64,000 bases of DNA from Bugula neritina (GCA_964035545.1 OZ037771.1:6047190-6111189), one strand, 5' to 3'; positions 1 through 24,130 are shown, counted from the first letter of the stretch. Numbers and translations: made by a program. Notes: generated by a model not told the origin, from the letters alone.

Positions 1-2044
1 TAGATAGAGCACCGTAATTTATTTGCGCGTGTAAGTAGGTGATAAAAACTCTTAAAAACTACCCTCCTCTCCTAACTAGTGATAAAATAAATGAAGCGTT
101 CTTTTGATAGCTTCTTGCAACATCTTGTAAATACTTTAAATGAGCATTTATTTTAAATAATCCAACAGAGTTTTGATTTTTTCTCTTATTTTTGTTCATT
201 CCTACTTATTATAGCCAGTATTTACACTGAATTTTGCAACGTGTTGTCATGTTTGTGATATGTAATAAATCAATCAATCAATCAAAGTTGCACTCTCTGG
301 GCTGTAGTCATATAGAATTGGAATATAAAACAAAATACGTGATGAAATAATGTAATATGGTAGAAAGCTTTTACCTAGTTATTTAGAGTTAGTGTTTATT
401 ACATGTATGCAGGGGTATTTTCTCTTACTTCTGTTTTACCTTTGTGCGGAGGTTTAAACTGCATATTATAAAAGTTTTTCTTTAAATGTCGTTTGACACC
501 CCTTGGAGTATCAACCAAAATTCAGTTGAAATATTTAGGCTTACAAAAGTTTTCAGCTACCCACATAAATGCTAATTAAAGCTATCAAAGTTTTTTGATG
601 TAGTCATTCCTATAAATAGCTGTAGGATAATGGGGATGACTGCTAAATGAAAAATTTGCATAAAATGCTAATTTGAAATACAATTATTTTATCTGAATTT
701 TCTGATAATGTGGCGTGGTGTGTTATTGTAATATATTGTTTGTACTGCAGTATTGTCCTTTTACACAAGAGGAACTCATGTTTATCATATAGATTTGGTA
801 AATTAGGGCCCATTTTAAATAGCTGTTCTGGTTTCACTTCTTTACATTTCTAATTATGTGGCTTCCCTGTGGAAACTTAGTAATTACTTTGTTAAGGGAT
901 TCTTCGAGCCATATTGAAATCCAAAAGTCAATAACCCTTGACAGATTGTATGTATTGAAATTTGCATATAAAATGTTAGTATATTAGCCTTACAGCAAGG
1001 GTTTTCACGTCACTTCTTTTTAAAGTAAAGCTAGCAGCTTCTTGCTTAGCGTAGTATAAAATAAAGTTAACAGGTAAACGGACAGAAAATATAAAGTATC
1101 AAGAAGTTGATTTGCCACACAAATTCAACCATGCTTAAGTTACAGAATAGTTCTTCAAATTATTGTCACAGGCAAACAAACTGTCTTCAAATGATAACCT
1201 CTGTGGCTAAAACACTTGGATCACCCACCTGTATCAACAGCAATGGCTCTAATGTTATGAAAAGAACTGGTGTCCTCAGGCCTTATTCATTTAATTAATT
1301 GCTATTCCTTATAAGTGTAGTAGTTTCTTTGTTCACTGCATGAGTCACTGTGCTAGTCCTTCTAGTATTGTTTTCTATCTTAGTTTCAATGAGCACAGCT
1401 ACTCCAACACCTGAAGTATATTCAAGTGCTCCAATTCAAACCCTAATCTTTGAACTTGCATAAGAGTAGCAATCCGCTTTTTACTGGAGCCATAGGCATT
1501 TGTAAGTATTTCAAGTTGTGGTTTTCCTGTAATACTGTAGGGACTTGAAACTGTCCCATAACAATCCTGTCTTCAAAGTCAGCTAACAGACCTGTTCAGT
1601 TTTACTGGCTACAAGTTTATCGCAGACATGTTGGGCATATTAGGGACTGTTACTTGATGCATACTTGGCTAATATACAACTATGTGTTACTAATACAGCT
1701 TACTGTGTCAGAATCCGACTTAATTTGTTGGTAATTACCACCTGGCCTTTGAAGTGTCCTTGAATACGTAGTGCATTAATTAATACTGCCTTGTATTCAA
1801 AATGGAGTGGGTTGATACATTATATAGGGAGTTGGTAATCAAGGAAATGTTGACTTCATTCTACTCTACTTTCAAGTTTGTCATAGGATTAGAGCTGCCA
1901 ACTGTATTCTACTTCTCTTTCACCCCCAGTGTAATCTCTAGCTATTAGTTGTAATGGTTAGCCTTAGGATTGTCTTTCAATTTATTATAATTCTAAGTTC
2001 CTGCTACTGACTCCATTACTAAGTTGTGTCATGTATTGCAAATC

Positions 2045-2447
2045 TACTACTAGCATAGTGTACTACTAGCATACTATACTACTAGTCCTACTGTACTACT
2101 AGTCATACTATACTATTAGTTATACTGTACTACTAGCATACTATATTACTAGCATACTATATTACTAGCATACTACACTACTAGTCATACTCTACTACTA
2201 GTCATACTATACTATTAGTTATACTGTACTACTAGCATACTATACTACTAGCATACTATACTATTAGCATACTATACTAATAGCATACTATACTACTAGC
2301 ATACTATACTACTAGTTATACTATACTATTAGTTATACTGTACTACTAGCATACTGTACTACTAGTTATACTGTACTACTAGCATACTATACTACTAGCA
2401 TACTATACTACTAGCATACTATACTAATAGCATACTATACTACTACT
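2045..2447. repeat. Minisatellite, ~16-17 bp unit (TACTATACTACTAGCA variants)
   Basis: Directly visible tandem array just upstream of a pyrimidine-tract acceptor (TTTTTCCTCCAG, ~2491) that probably starts the first coding exon of UBL3. Confidence 0.9.
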
Positions 2448-2670
2448 CTATCACTTTGATCTGTAAACTGCTATGTTCTCTTTTTCCTCCAGATTTGATA
2501 TTCAACTTTCACTTTTAGGGAATGATTTTCGTGTAGCTGTTGGAACAGGTCACACATTGTATTCTGTATAACTATACGTTATATTATACTGAGTACTTCT
2601 ACCCAGTACTTCACTAGTGACTATACAGACACTACACTAGCTGTATCAAGTCTAGCATAATTCTGATAAC

Positions 2671-5600
2671 ATGGCATCTGCTGGTAGTAAAGGTTCCAAG
2701 AACATACCAGCTGACAAGGTATTGTCCTTACAACCAGCCTTTCAAATACTGTTTCCGTTTCCATTGTTGAAGAATATGAAACTTGTTAGGATCAAAGGCT
2801 CTGTATTGATTAGCTATTGATTATTGATTATTGTTGATTGATTATGGAGAATATAACTGATGTTTTGCACAAAGTAGAGCTCCTGAACTGTTAGTAAATA
2901 GATTTCACCACTCCGAGTGCTGGTGTCACGTCATGTGACATGTTGCATGACGTGACATGTTCTGTGACGTCGTAGACATGTCACGTGTGTAATTTGTTGG
3001 CAGATAAACCTCAAGCTGATACTTGTCTCCGGGAGAACTCACGAGAATCTGTTCTCACTCACTGACTCGGCATCTGTCGTCACGCAGTATATATATGATA
3101 ATTGGCCGGAGGGTGAGTATCCACTCTTTATACAGGGGGTCTGGGGGTAGGTATCCACTGCATAGACCTGTAGTCTGAGGGTGATTGTCCACTGTATATA
3201 CCTGTAGTCTGAGGGTGATTGTCCACTGTATATACCTGTAGTCTGAGGGTGATTGTCCACTGTATATACCTGTAGTCTGGGGGTAGGTTTTCACTGCATA
3301 TGGCTAGAGAGATAATTTGGAGTTATCTGTTTTCGGATCATAGGTTGTGGCTGCTGTCAATATTTTCCAATGGATTCATTGTAATAAATTAGGTTAAGTT
3401 TGGGAATATTAGGAAGATCTAGTTCCTAGTCTAGCTTTCACACGCAACCCTTTATCTACAGCTAATTCAATCTCTCCTACTTCCTAACACTGCTACTTAG
3501 TTCCTCAACTGTTGATGTGCTAGCCTGTGCTAGCTGTCAGAGGAAGTGCCAGTATTGTTACCAAGTGTTGGCACTGAAGCTATCTGTCTGTCAGTCTCCC
3601 ACATTTCATGTCTTGACATTTAATTGATGGCCTGTTGAACATACAACTCCTAGAAGTAAAAGGTATTGAGCAGCATGCAGGAAGATGTCATGTCCTTGTT
3701 TCTATATAGCTGTCTCAAAATACAGTGTGGCTCTGTTAAGGCCTGTCCACACTATGATGTTTCCATAAACTCACAGCTGTTTTACATCATCACCCTTTTT
3801 AAAGCCCATTACATTTTGAATAATTAGACACATGTTAAAACTGGCATTAGATGAGAAAGCAAGCACATTTCTAGACAATGCTCTGTTAACTTTATTAAAC
3901 AAGTACCTCCTAAAATGTTTTCCTATTCAATGCACTTTTGCCAGCAAGGGTTGAAATTTCTCCATCTCTAGGTGTGTCTCATCATAACTTAGTTTTGGTG
4001 ACGGCTGCTTTTAACAGTATTGTTTTTTCACTGAAACTCCCAATGTGGACAAACTCCGATAGTGCTAGTAGTCATCATATTTGTAGTTTCACTCAAAAAT
4101 GGGCACACTTATAATATAAATACAATAGATGTACCTACACTATACATGGTCATGTAGAACATGTGCAATAAACACAGCCTATAATGTAGGTACTTATGGT
4201 GTATTTGTTTACTATGTAGATTTATGCTTACATTTTGCTATAATCAATATTTTTATAGTTATTTTATATTATGCATTGAAAGTTGTGATGGCTATCCACA
4301 ACTATGTGATGGATTTTAGATTGGGCTGAAGAAAATAAGCCTGAAACAAATATCTTACGGTTGATATATCAAGGGAGATTCTTGCATGGAAATGTCACAC
4401 TAGCAGCACTAAAGTTAACACCTGGACGAACTACTGTCATGCATCTAGTATCGAGAGAAAACCTACCTGAGCCAAGTAATAAAGGTGAAGGTTATATCAG
4501 AATACTTGCGCTGTGGAACAAACAGCATTTATCACATTGGAATATTTTGTTATGCAGTACTACACATTAAGTTATTTGATTTTTATGTAACAAGAGATTT
4601 CTGTTCAGATCACAAATTATGCATATGTGACCTGGCACCACAAAGCAAGGGATGTATATAAAATGTTAAAAACTTAGTTATTACTATAGAGTGATAGAGC
4701 AGACTTTTTTGAACATTTTGCACTTTATTTGAAGTCTCTAGCATAAATAGAACTCGAGATATCAGTATTTAAAAACTTTAACGTTTTTAGAATTTCTAAA
4801 TTACTGTTTCGAGAAAATCGCGTTTAAAGTTGGCAACTCTAGAATAAATTGAGAATTATTTGTTTACAATTTACAAGCCTTAGCAACGGGTCTTTGTATA
4901 ATAGGAATAGTGACAAATTTGGTATCAAAATAATTGTGAAAGTTTGGGCTTTCTGTTAAACTAAATTTCATGCTGCCTCAACATAAAATTAGGTCAAATA
5001 TGGCCGCCAAACTTTTTGTCTAATTTATTTGTCAATTTGCTTTTTACTTTGTTTAATGATTGAAAGGTTCAACAATTCCAGCAAAGAGGAGGATGTTTCA
5101 GCAAATTTGTGTGTTGAGATATTTAAATTGGGCATCTAAGTTAGCAGGAAGTCATATAAAACAAAATGGCAGCTGCTTCCTGTTATACATTGAATATCTT
5201 CCTCTCCTCTAATATATTGTGTAATATATCAAACTGCAGCTATTGAGCTGTGCTGTTTCATAGTTATTGCTTAATGAGTAGAACACTTATGAGAAAATCA
5301 TTTGACTATTATGAGATCATTCGAGATTCATTCATAAATATCTTTATAATCTCTAACGGCAATTAAATTTAGCAATTGATGTTGAAAATATAAACATAAA
5401 ATCAGCGATTAGAACTTTTGAGTTTTATTAGGCATTAATATTCACATTTAAAACATCAAATACATTATTTTAAAAAAAGTAATTAAATGCAGTAACAAAT
5501 CGAGCCTGGATACAACCATTATGCTTGAATTAACTCTTATCAAGAAAAGAAAATTAGGTAGCTTCTACGGTTTTTGCAAAAAAGGCACTTTTCATCTTTC

Positions 5601-7893
5601 TACTTCCTTGGTCTTCATAATATGAGTTTACAGAGTATGGACACATAACATCATGTATGTGGCAAAAGCTTCATCACTATCATCAGCTGATTTTCTAGCA
5701 ATTATAGATGCCGCTACTTGACATCTATTCTGCCAATCTACCCATCTATTGTCTATTTCAGAGCTGCAAGTACAATGTTGACTTTTTTAAATAACAAAAG
5801 AAAACGGTAGCTTGATTAGAAACTATACGCAGTTATATTATAAAAAATTAGTTGGTTAAACAGTCTTGTGGTACTATTATGGCAGCAGTTAATTGTCATC
5901 CTGCATTTTATCAACATTTAAACAGAACAATTTAAATTAAAAAAATTGTTGAAAATTTTTAAGCACATCATTAAAAGACTGCAAACCTTTTTATGAATGA
6001 AATAAGCACAAGCCATAACCTTGCAAGCCAAAATTCAGAGTGTCTACATTAGGAGTGTTAGATTGATAGGTAGTAGAGTTGTGTAGGTATAAGTCTTCAC
6101 TCTAATGTTCTCATAAGCCCACTTTCTAAAATGTACAGAATATCGTATTATTCTATATTAACATAGTATTATCAGTAAAATTACACATTATGCACTTGAA
6201 TATCTAGCATATCTGCAATTGGCAATTTTGAAGCAATGTCTTTCGATAACTATTAACCACTCAGGCATTTAATTGAGTAAAAAAGCTAGCTAAATGCAAC
6301 TGAATATATTAAAGACATTTACTATGAAATCAATTTGAATTTAATAAATTACTTTAAAATATGAATAAACTTTTGCTCATCCTTTATAATAAAATTAAAA
6401 AGTTTAGACTATTTATGCATTCAGTTAGTGTTACTACTCACTAAATAAGACTAAAAGTAACTTACTGAAGAACTAAGTCAGTCAACTATAGAATCAATAT
6501 GAACTCACATTAATATTTCATCATTATACTCATTTACATTTAATCACATTTACCATTTCAATTTGGTTATAGGTGATGCTTTTATCAATATAAATAGGAT
6601 TACCAATTGAGTTTTGACAGTAACTGTAAGCCTGCATAATGTGATAAAAATTTTATCATTATATTTTAAATCAAACTTTGAGCTAATTTGAAAATCACAA
6701 AAGGAAACGGTAGCTTGACTAGTAGGCCTAACGTTAATACTAATAGTAATACTAATAGTAATAGTAATCAGTAACTGTATTCACAAAATCTAAGACAGAG
6801 GCTAAAAGTTACTAAGAATAAGTCCAAAGTAAATTTAAATATCAACTATAGAATAAATTAATAAATATAATACTATCAGTATAAGTATCAAGTTTTAAGA
6901 CCGAAGGTGAAACTCAGAGTCAGACTCAAATAGTGAATTTATAATTATTAATTATTACTCATACTATTAATATTAATGAGCTACATTTAGTTTTACAGCC
7001 AAATACCTGTATCAGTAAATCATGAATAATATTCATTATGATTATCATTATGAGTAACCGTACCTCAAACTGTGAGTCATAGTGAGAGTCATTTAAATAG
7101 TTACTAGTATAGAATAAGAATAGACATACTCCAGTCCTAGTGATAGTATGAATATAAATAAATTGATAACTACAAATAATCCTGGCAACAATTCTAAGTT
7201 AATAGCGTAAAGGATGGTTTTAAGTATAATTACCTGTATTGTTGTGATTTTTAAGCTTGAACGCTAAAGATAAAAATTAAGTTTAGCATTTATCACCAAA
7301 GGGCAAAACAGCTCAGTAACTTAAAAGCTAACTTTGGATGGAGCACGATGAAAAACTAAAACTAGCCTGCGATTTTAAATACGATGCTTCTGACAATGCG
7401 AAGAAAGAGGTGTAAGCTAAATTCATTTGATAAAAAATAAATTTGCAAGATCTCACGCTATGAAAATGACTAAAATTGTCTTCTTTCTTTATTTGATAAC
7501 TTCGCAAATTTTTCACCATTTAAAAAATTGAATGCCTTAGTTACCAACTTTAAATGCAATTTTGAAGCTGAAGGAATCATCAAATGCTTGCGAAAGTATG
7601 ATTTTTGAAATCCTTGGATTTTTTTGTATTAGAAAAGTTCAAAACCTAAAAACTGAAAATTAATTTCAAATTTAAGTATATCCAAATTAAACCTTCATTT
7701 ACTACACTTTATAAACGCCGCCACATCCCCGGTTTTGTCGCGACTGGTCACATATTTTGGGTAATTGTGTGCTTGACCCTTTGAACCCATTTGAGATGTT
7801 GCTATCTATCTCTAATGGCTGTCTATTTCAGACCAGCTCAAGAAAGACAAGAGTGGTGAGGCTGGCTGTGCAAACTGCTGTACCATACTCTAG
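2671..7893 (+). CDS. UBL3: Ubiquitin-like protein 3 (membrane-anchored ubiquitin-fold protein), 127 aa, 4 coding exons
   Basis: Exons 2671-2718, 3004-3112, 4320-4484 and 7832-7893 have GT-AG ends and matching phases (384 nt total). Translation MASAGSKGSKNIPADK-INLKLILVSGRTHENLFSLTDSASVVTQYIYDNWPED-WAEENKPETNILRLIYQGRFLHGNVTLAALKLTPGRTTVMHLVSRENLPEPSNKD-QLKKDKSGEAGCANCCTIL* carries the UBL3 motifs and the C-terminal CCaaX prenylation box. Confidence 0.95.
3166..3280. repeat. 33-bp tandem repeat (~3.5 copies) in UBL3 intron 2
   Basis: ACCTGTAGTCTGAGGGTGATTGTCCACTGTATAT repeated; explains the spurious ORFs at 3039-3294. Confidence 0.9.
3740..4056. mobile_element. Degenerate MITE with (T)GTCCACA-type TIRs, related to 23201-23579
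   Basis: Left end GGCCTGTCCACAC, right end CAATGTGGACAAAC. The reverse complement of the right arm resembles the start of the 23.2-kb element. Confidence 0.45.
4626..7752. mobile_element. ~3.1-kb non-autonomous DNA transposon with imperfect TIRs, filling UBL3 intron 3
   Basis: Left TA-TGTGACCTGGCACCACAAAGCAAGGGATGT versus reverse complement of the right end TA-TGTGACCAGTCGCGACAAAACCGGGGATGT. Flanked by TA (or ATAT). No long ORF inside. Confidence 0.65.
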
Positions 7894-10035
7894 AGCTTAC
7901 CCAGTAGAAACTGCCCTTGGATGAAGATAATACACACTAGCTAACTTAACAAATTGCCAGCCCTCATCTCCACACACATTCATAGTTGCCTGAGCTGCTA
8001 AGTGAAGTAGGCGCTGCCTTTTGCCTATCCTCTCACTAGATTGAGATTTCTCCATATCTTTAGCTATGGTTATGTATTTCATCATAATGAAACTGATCTT
8101 GTGCATGTTTTAGATGACCAGTGTTTGACTAACTTGTTGTATCTGATAACATTTATCACTCAAATCATTATGCCATTATAATTAGTCTGTTTTCAAGTTT
8201 CATACAATTATTTTATTTATGCACCAATTATTTACTATATTATTTAGATCCTTCTAATTCGCAGATTAACATAATGTTGGAATGTGGCTCTTGGAGAAGC
8301 TAAACTCTGTGTGACTGACTGTGTGTGCTAGAGTATATTTGCTGAATGCATGCTTGTCTGTGGAAATATTTTTGTACATTGATCTACTAAAAATGTTTTG
8401 TTTAGTTTATCTTTCAAAACCTTGGTATACTATGCCTTCTAATGTTCTATCTATGTTAAGATGTTATTGTTATTTACAACCATACATCTCTTTATTTTGT
8501 GCAAGAAAGAGCAATTGTAATAAATTATTTTACCTATTCTAATTTTGCATGCTTGTATTTCAAGAATCTAAACCGATATTACTGGTTTGTTGAAGTTCAG
8601 TCTAGGCTGTCAATAGATTTAAATCTATACAGTTGAGATGCATTCCGTACTTTTTCATCTGAAAAAATATTAAGAAGTCAGTTTTTCAAGTTTGTACTCT
8701 TTAAACTCATGAATTTAAGCTTCAGTGAACTTAGTTTCTCAAAGTAACAAGAATTGTGAATATGTTAAGATTTATCGGCAAAACCCACAAATATGCTTTA
8801 GTGTGTCCATGAATCGAAACTTTCTGCTACTGAAAATGGGGAGATTATATTAATATTATGTAGATGATAATAGGACAAGCAAATAAGTTAATGATTGTAA
8901 TGAGTTTTTTCAAGTTGTGGACAAATGAACAAATAAAGTTGTCAATAGTTGCAAACAACACTATTCCTATACATAAGGCAACTCTACAAATAATTCTAGT
9001 TGAGATCACTTGTAGTTGAAATAGTAAAGCAAAAATTGACATTTCAGAATTTGCCAAGTTCAGATGTATGTCTTTTGCTGGCCAATTAGATCAGTTTATT
9101 TTAACGAAATTATGATTTATCCGGCATACAATTTTATATTTCATTCCAGCAGAGCATATTGATCTCCAAAATTTCAAGGCAGCATTTGAAATCATGTGGA
9201 CCCATAAACAATTGTCTCCACCCAATAAGGTTAAATATCTAGTAAGCTCAATATTTTTTCTCAGCCTAGGTAGTATACATCCAAGAAAAAACCTTAGGAG
9301 ATATTCCTCAGAATAGCATATTTTCATAATAGGCTTGTTCAATTTATAATTGTAAACCCATGAAATTACTGCCGACAACACTAGACCACTGAACTGAAAC
9401 TATAACCCTTATAGTTCAATGCACTAGACAGTCCCAGATGTCCCACAGATGGTCACTGAGGAACTTTTAGTCTGCTACTTGCAGTAGTTATTTCTATTCA
9501 ACACTACGCCAATAGTATTTGTCATAAGTAAGGAGTGAAAAGCCATGTAGTACATATTTCAGACACGTGGTAATGTATTTAGCAACATATAGCAGTGGTA
9601 CATAGTGACAACATAGTCATGTAGTTAAAATGAGTAATATGTATACAATTGGTAGGCAATAGTCTATGTTTTGGTGACAATAGTCAGGCCTTGAAGGACA
9701 GATGCAGAGGTCAATCCTTAAAAAGGGTGCCACCATTGTTTAGAAGTGATAGCAAGACATAACGGGCGTTAATCAACAAATATTACAAATAAAAAATAGG
9801 TTGACCAACCACAAATCATAAATGATAATCACCATGCTCACAAAAGTAATCCAACATGCCAAAAACTACAAAAAAATTCAGTCATATCAACCCTACTACA
9901 TATCTGTATTATATCTGTAACATGACTACAGCGAAAATGTTAAGAAAACTAAATATAGAGATGGCCTGCAATAAATATATAATACAAAGGCCGAGTAAAC
10001 ATGGAGTAAAACCAAAAAAAGAAAAGACACACAAT

Positions 10036-19510
<9,475 letters not shown>

Positions 19511-19639
19511 AACAAACAAAACTATGTTGCATTAAAGCGCCAACAGCTGATTACGTTGAGCAGTCGCACAGTCGTGAAAGAAGCAAACCCCGATCAACAA
19601 GCAGTAACAACATACGACTTGAACGGTTGCAATCTTCTC

Positions 19640-19670
19640 AAGAAATAAAAATGGCGAAGCGTGCGCGAAC
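19640..19670 (-). promoter_or_regulatory. YY1-like CGCCATTTT element in the CpG-richer promoter/5' region of OGT
   Basis: AAAATGGCG at 19648-19656, about 140 nt upstream of the OGT ATG, amid locally elevated CpG. Confidence 0.4.
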
Positions 19671-20764
19671 TAATATTTACTCACACGTTTTATCCTCTTT
19701 TGTCTTTATTTTATTTTAGATAATTTTTTATATTTTACTATAGTTTTGAAACATATTTGCTACTTTTAAACGTATTTATTTTAAAAAATACAGCATTAAG
19801 CAAGAAGAAACTAAAGATTTATGCACCATGGCAAACAATTTTGTCGGAGGAAAATATGTAAAAAGTTGATCCCGTGACTAGTTTTTACAAGTTGGTGTCT
19901 TGATAGATTTAACTCCGCCAAACCTCGGCGCACCCCGGCAATTATGTTCGCGCTATAATAATATGGCCATGATATAAATCCGATGTTATACGCTTGCGTA
20001 TGACCATTATTATCTCTACCTTTTTACCGCCAAATATTAATATAAAATACCAATAAGAATATGTAATACTCCTACTGCAAGCACGCTTTGCTTACTTGCC
20101 GTACTTATTTCGCACATTTATTTTTTAATGATATGATAAAATTAAATGTTGTACAGTTCAAGTTGCACTATTCTTATATTTATAGAATTAATAATATCTG
20201 TTGAGAAACAATCATGCGATCCTATCGCTAATTACATTCATAACAATCACGTGACAATATACTAACTAATTGCTGTACTACAATCGCCGTATACTTGTTT
20301 TACCCCTTCTCTTCCGTTTTATATTATACGAAACCATCACGCTGTTCTTCATTCTAATAAATATTTTATTACCAAATAATTAAATCAGTCAGTCAGTTTG
20401 CTCGATAAGTTAAATCAGCAATCAATAACGTATTTCATAATAAATACTATACACAATGGCCACACATTCAACAATATCAATTATAATCTTAGAATTTAGA
20501 TCAATATTTTACAAATATAATATTATTATTAATAATGACTATATATTATTAATAATGCTATAATACCTACTAGCAATATTAAAAGCAATACCTAGTATTA
20601 ATTATAGACTTTTAGTATTACTTTTAGTTTTCTCAGGTAGGTAATCAGAGTTTTTAGAATGGTAAGCCTACTGTCTTATACAAAGAAAATAACCTCAGAA
20701 TCAATGAACACTGATAATTTATATTGTCTCATAGGTAGGAAGCTGGGTAGAACAATAATTGCAT

Positions 20765-20976
20765 GGTGTCAGCTAAAAATGGCAGAGGTAGTAGTGACAC
20801 AGGTAATAATGGCAAAAATCGAAAAAAAAGTTGAAAAAGACACATTTTCAATATTCATATTGAGATTTGTGTTTAGGTTGGGGGTAGGAGTTTGGAGTTT
20901 TGAGCAAATTTGACATCAGTGTACCATTTTTTGTACCATTATTACCGTGCCATTTTTACCTGCACCATTTTTACCT
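20765..20976. mobile_element. Foldback-like MITE (family with 34869-34983, 61773-62040, 63693-63981)
   Basis: Inverted arms built of AGGTAAAAATGGCAC-like 15-mers around a G/T-rich core. Confidence 0.7.
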
Positions 20977-21463
20977 CTAATCTAATTGCACAGCATATAC
21001 TATATAATATAGCACAATATCAATATGTTATATAAGTTGACTTTGATATAGTATTGTCAAATTTGAGGGTGCAAGACCCTCACAGGGTCTGTATCATCCC
21101 TGGCTAGTGCGATTTACAATACCACAATATACATAATATTTCCACAAGTTGCATTAGAAAGTCTATATATCATGTTATCAGTTTATTGATGATTTCATAT
21201 ATTGATATAATGTTAATATGCTAAACTCTAGTATATCATATATTATATAATCTATGCAATGTATTCAATTCAGCATGTAATACACTTGTTGCACTCACAA
21301 GAACTGCTCTGCACTAAAGTTTATAACTCTTACTACACATACAGCACCTACAAACTTGATAGGCCTACACAAAAAGCATGGCATTTTTTCCTGAAACTTA
21401 TGATTTTTGATGGATGCCACGGGCATGCATAGCTATTTCCTATTCACAACCTCATGCACTAAG

Positions 21464-21783
21464 GCGGCGTGTCCAACTTTTTCAGAGAGAGGGCCACAGA
21501 AGGGGAATATTTCTTGGCGAGGGCCACATTGTAAACTTTAGCTTGTGCTGGGGGCCACAGCATCAGTATTTTTCAAGTTATTCTATTCCCAATTCTTATG
21601 AATCATTACACAATGAAGTCCCAATAGTCAATGCAGGCTGCATGTTTTGTAGCATGTATATAGATAAGACATTTAAAAAGTGTTTTTTACTTTTATTTAT
21701 GTATAATGTGAAAATTAATTTTAGTTTTATGCAACTGAGGGCCACATAAATGTAGGCTGGGGTCGCTCTGTTTGATCAAAGCT
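21464..21783. mobile_element. Degenerate hAT-like MITE
   Basis: Left end GCGTGTCCAACTTTTT with repeated subterminal GGGCCACA motifs at both ends, typical of non-autonomous hAT elements. The right TIR is decayed. Confidence 0.5.
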
Positions 21784-23200
21784 TTCTCATGCTATTTATG
21801 GACACAATGAACCCTATATGCATATTACATATATGTTGCTTTTTAAGTGATCGTTCATTGTTAAAATTTTCCAAAAAAGGTGACATTACTTAAAATGAAA
21901 TGTATGGAGAGTGGCAATAAAGTGTAGGCATATACATGTACATGGAAACTTTAAAAACTATAAATGACATTAATTAAGAGTTATCTTTCCTACTTTTAAA
22001 TCTTGAAGTTTTGGGCAAAGTATCATAAATATGTATGGTTTCAAATGTTTACGCTTTTTAATATGTTTTACGAAAATAAGATATTCACAACAAGATCTGT
22101 GATTGCATGAGTTGACTAGATTTCTAACAATTTGAAGTTATTTTTTCAATCAGAATAATTTGTGTATGCAAGCGATTTTTTCTGAATCATTGATATATGT
22201 ACATGTCTCAGCTGTGTGAATACATGAATTATAATTTAAATCATGATTTTCAAGGTCTCATTTTTCAGACTTTAAAGCTTTTTATGATCCAACCATTTAT
22301 GTTGACCTCAGCACAATTAGGAGTGGGTGTACGTTTGTTTATATCTATTTCACTATATTTTATGGTGCATATAATATGTATGTATATAAGCGTATTACTA
22401 TATACATTTAAGAAAAACAGATACTATTGTAGCAGTACACGGTGTATTAATATTAGCTTTTTATAATAGTAAAATAGTTGTATAGCAACAGCAACTTTGT
22501 TTCACATTCGCTATTATTTAGTGCTCTAACTTTGCTAACACCTGTAATTGTAGTTTAACAATGATGTCTTTTGATTAAAATAATTTAACAACAATAATAG
22601 AATGCAATTATTGTTTCTTGTATTTGTAAAGTGTAGATTTGATAATATTTACTCATTGTTTCTGTTGCTATAAACTGGGTCACCTCTCTGTTCACCAGTA
22701 AACTCGTCAGTTTCATAACAGCCCGACATTCTTACCCGCCCTTTGATCAATTGGAGAATCCAAAGTGATAATCCAATTAATGTTCTCATTAATTTTTTTG
22801 CTTACAGCTGTTGTCAACATCTGAGTGAGTACATATTTTCTATTGTATCCCTTAGCTAATCTCATTCTATCAGGACTTATAGCTAGTAGTTGGTCACATG
22901 TTTGCTTTGTGTATATCATTATTAGTTCACTCTAAATTGTGTTTTAAAATAATGTAGTCTGTTTAATATTTGCTCCTAATTTTGGTAAAAAGCATCTTTT
23001 CTAGAAATGGCAGGGTGAGATATATGTTTTTGTTTCCTAGCCTGTGATACTTTGCCTGTGATACTCAATGATTGGGTTGTCAGGCTGCCACACTAGTCTT
23101 AGTAACAGTTAGTCTGATGAAATTGGACTATAAATAGTGGCGCTTGATAAACCCATTCATTGAACTGTCAAGCTCTAACATGTTATAAAATGTAGTATTA

Positions 23201-23579
23201 AGGTATGTCCACATTGGCAAGTTTATGTGAATAACATGGGAATTAAGACTGGCAGTTGTGAAAACATGATTACGTATAAAATTAACACAGCGACATTTCA
23301 ATCAAGACAGTTGCAAAAAATTGCGATTTCAACAGAAATAAAGAAATATTTTGTGCCACACATTTCATTATAAAGAGTATTGTAGTAAAATGTGTTTATT
23401 TATTAGCTATAAATGTGTGAAAGAACAATGTAACTGCCCAATCGATCCGAGCACTCCTCTGGTTTTGAGAAAATCTGTTATACTGAGATTTCTGAATAAA
23501 ACAAACATACATTGTTTAAAACATTGATGGTCAGGAATTTCATGTTGTTCACAGAAATGTCGCAATGTGGGGCAAACCT
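23201..23579. mobile_element. MITE with AGGTATGTCCACATTG / CAATGTGGGGCAAACCT TIRs
   Basis: Inverted termini visible, flanked by TTA-like triplets (PIF/Harbinger-like, inference). Confidence 0.55.
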
Positions 23580-23944
23580 TTATCCAGGCAGAAAATATAA
23601 AAGCTGATTTAAATATGTCAGCATAGTATGCTTTCTGCCTGCACAAATTTCTGCTTGTAATTAATAAGTAGGAAAAGCTGTGTGATAGTTCATTGTATGT
23701 CTTTTTGCATTTATTCCAGCTAGATGAACAGTTTTACTAAAAATGCCAGGTAACAACTTTTCTTATGAACAAGCAATATGCCATGCAATGTGCACGTCTC
23801 CGCGTCTTTTTTAAAACAGATTAAACCTGTTTTTGTAATTTGTACATCATATATAACATTGATTACTTGCAAACTAGTTTTTATTGTGGATAATTTTCTT
23901 GCACCTTGCAACTCTGTTTTTCACACCTATCTGTCTATAGCTAG

Positions 23945-24130
23945 CATGACTTGAGATGCAGTACTGCTTTTGTGACTGGGACTTTCTGCTATTATGACTT
24001 GGAACTTCCTACTATTGTGACTTGGAACTTTCTGCTATTGTGACTTGGGATTTCCTGTTCTTGTGACCTTGACTTACTGCTACTGCGATCTATAATGACA
24101 TATGTTCTAGTGACTTGAGACTTACTGTGG
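23945..24130. repeat. Degenerate 22-bp tandem repeat (TGACTTGGAACTTTCTGCTATT)
   Basis: Directly visible, about 7 copies. Confidence 0.75.

Noticed and set aside
1-2040. Short ORFs upstream of UBL3 and in 7897-10142
   Set aside because: No recognisable homology or coherent exon chain; likely UTR, intron or intergenic sequence.
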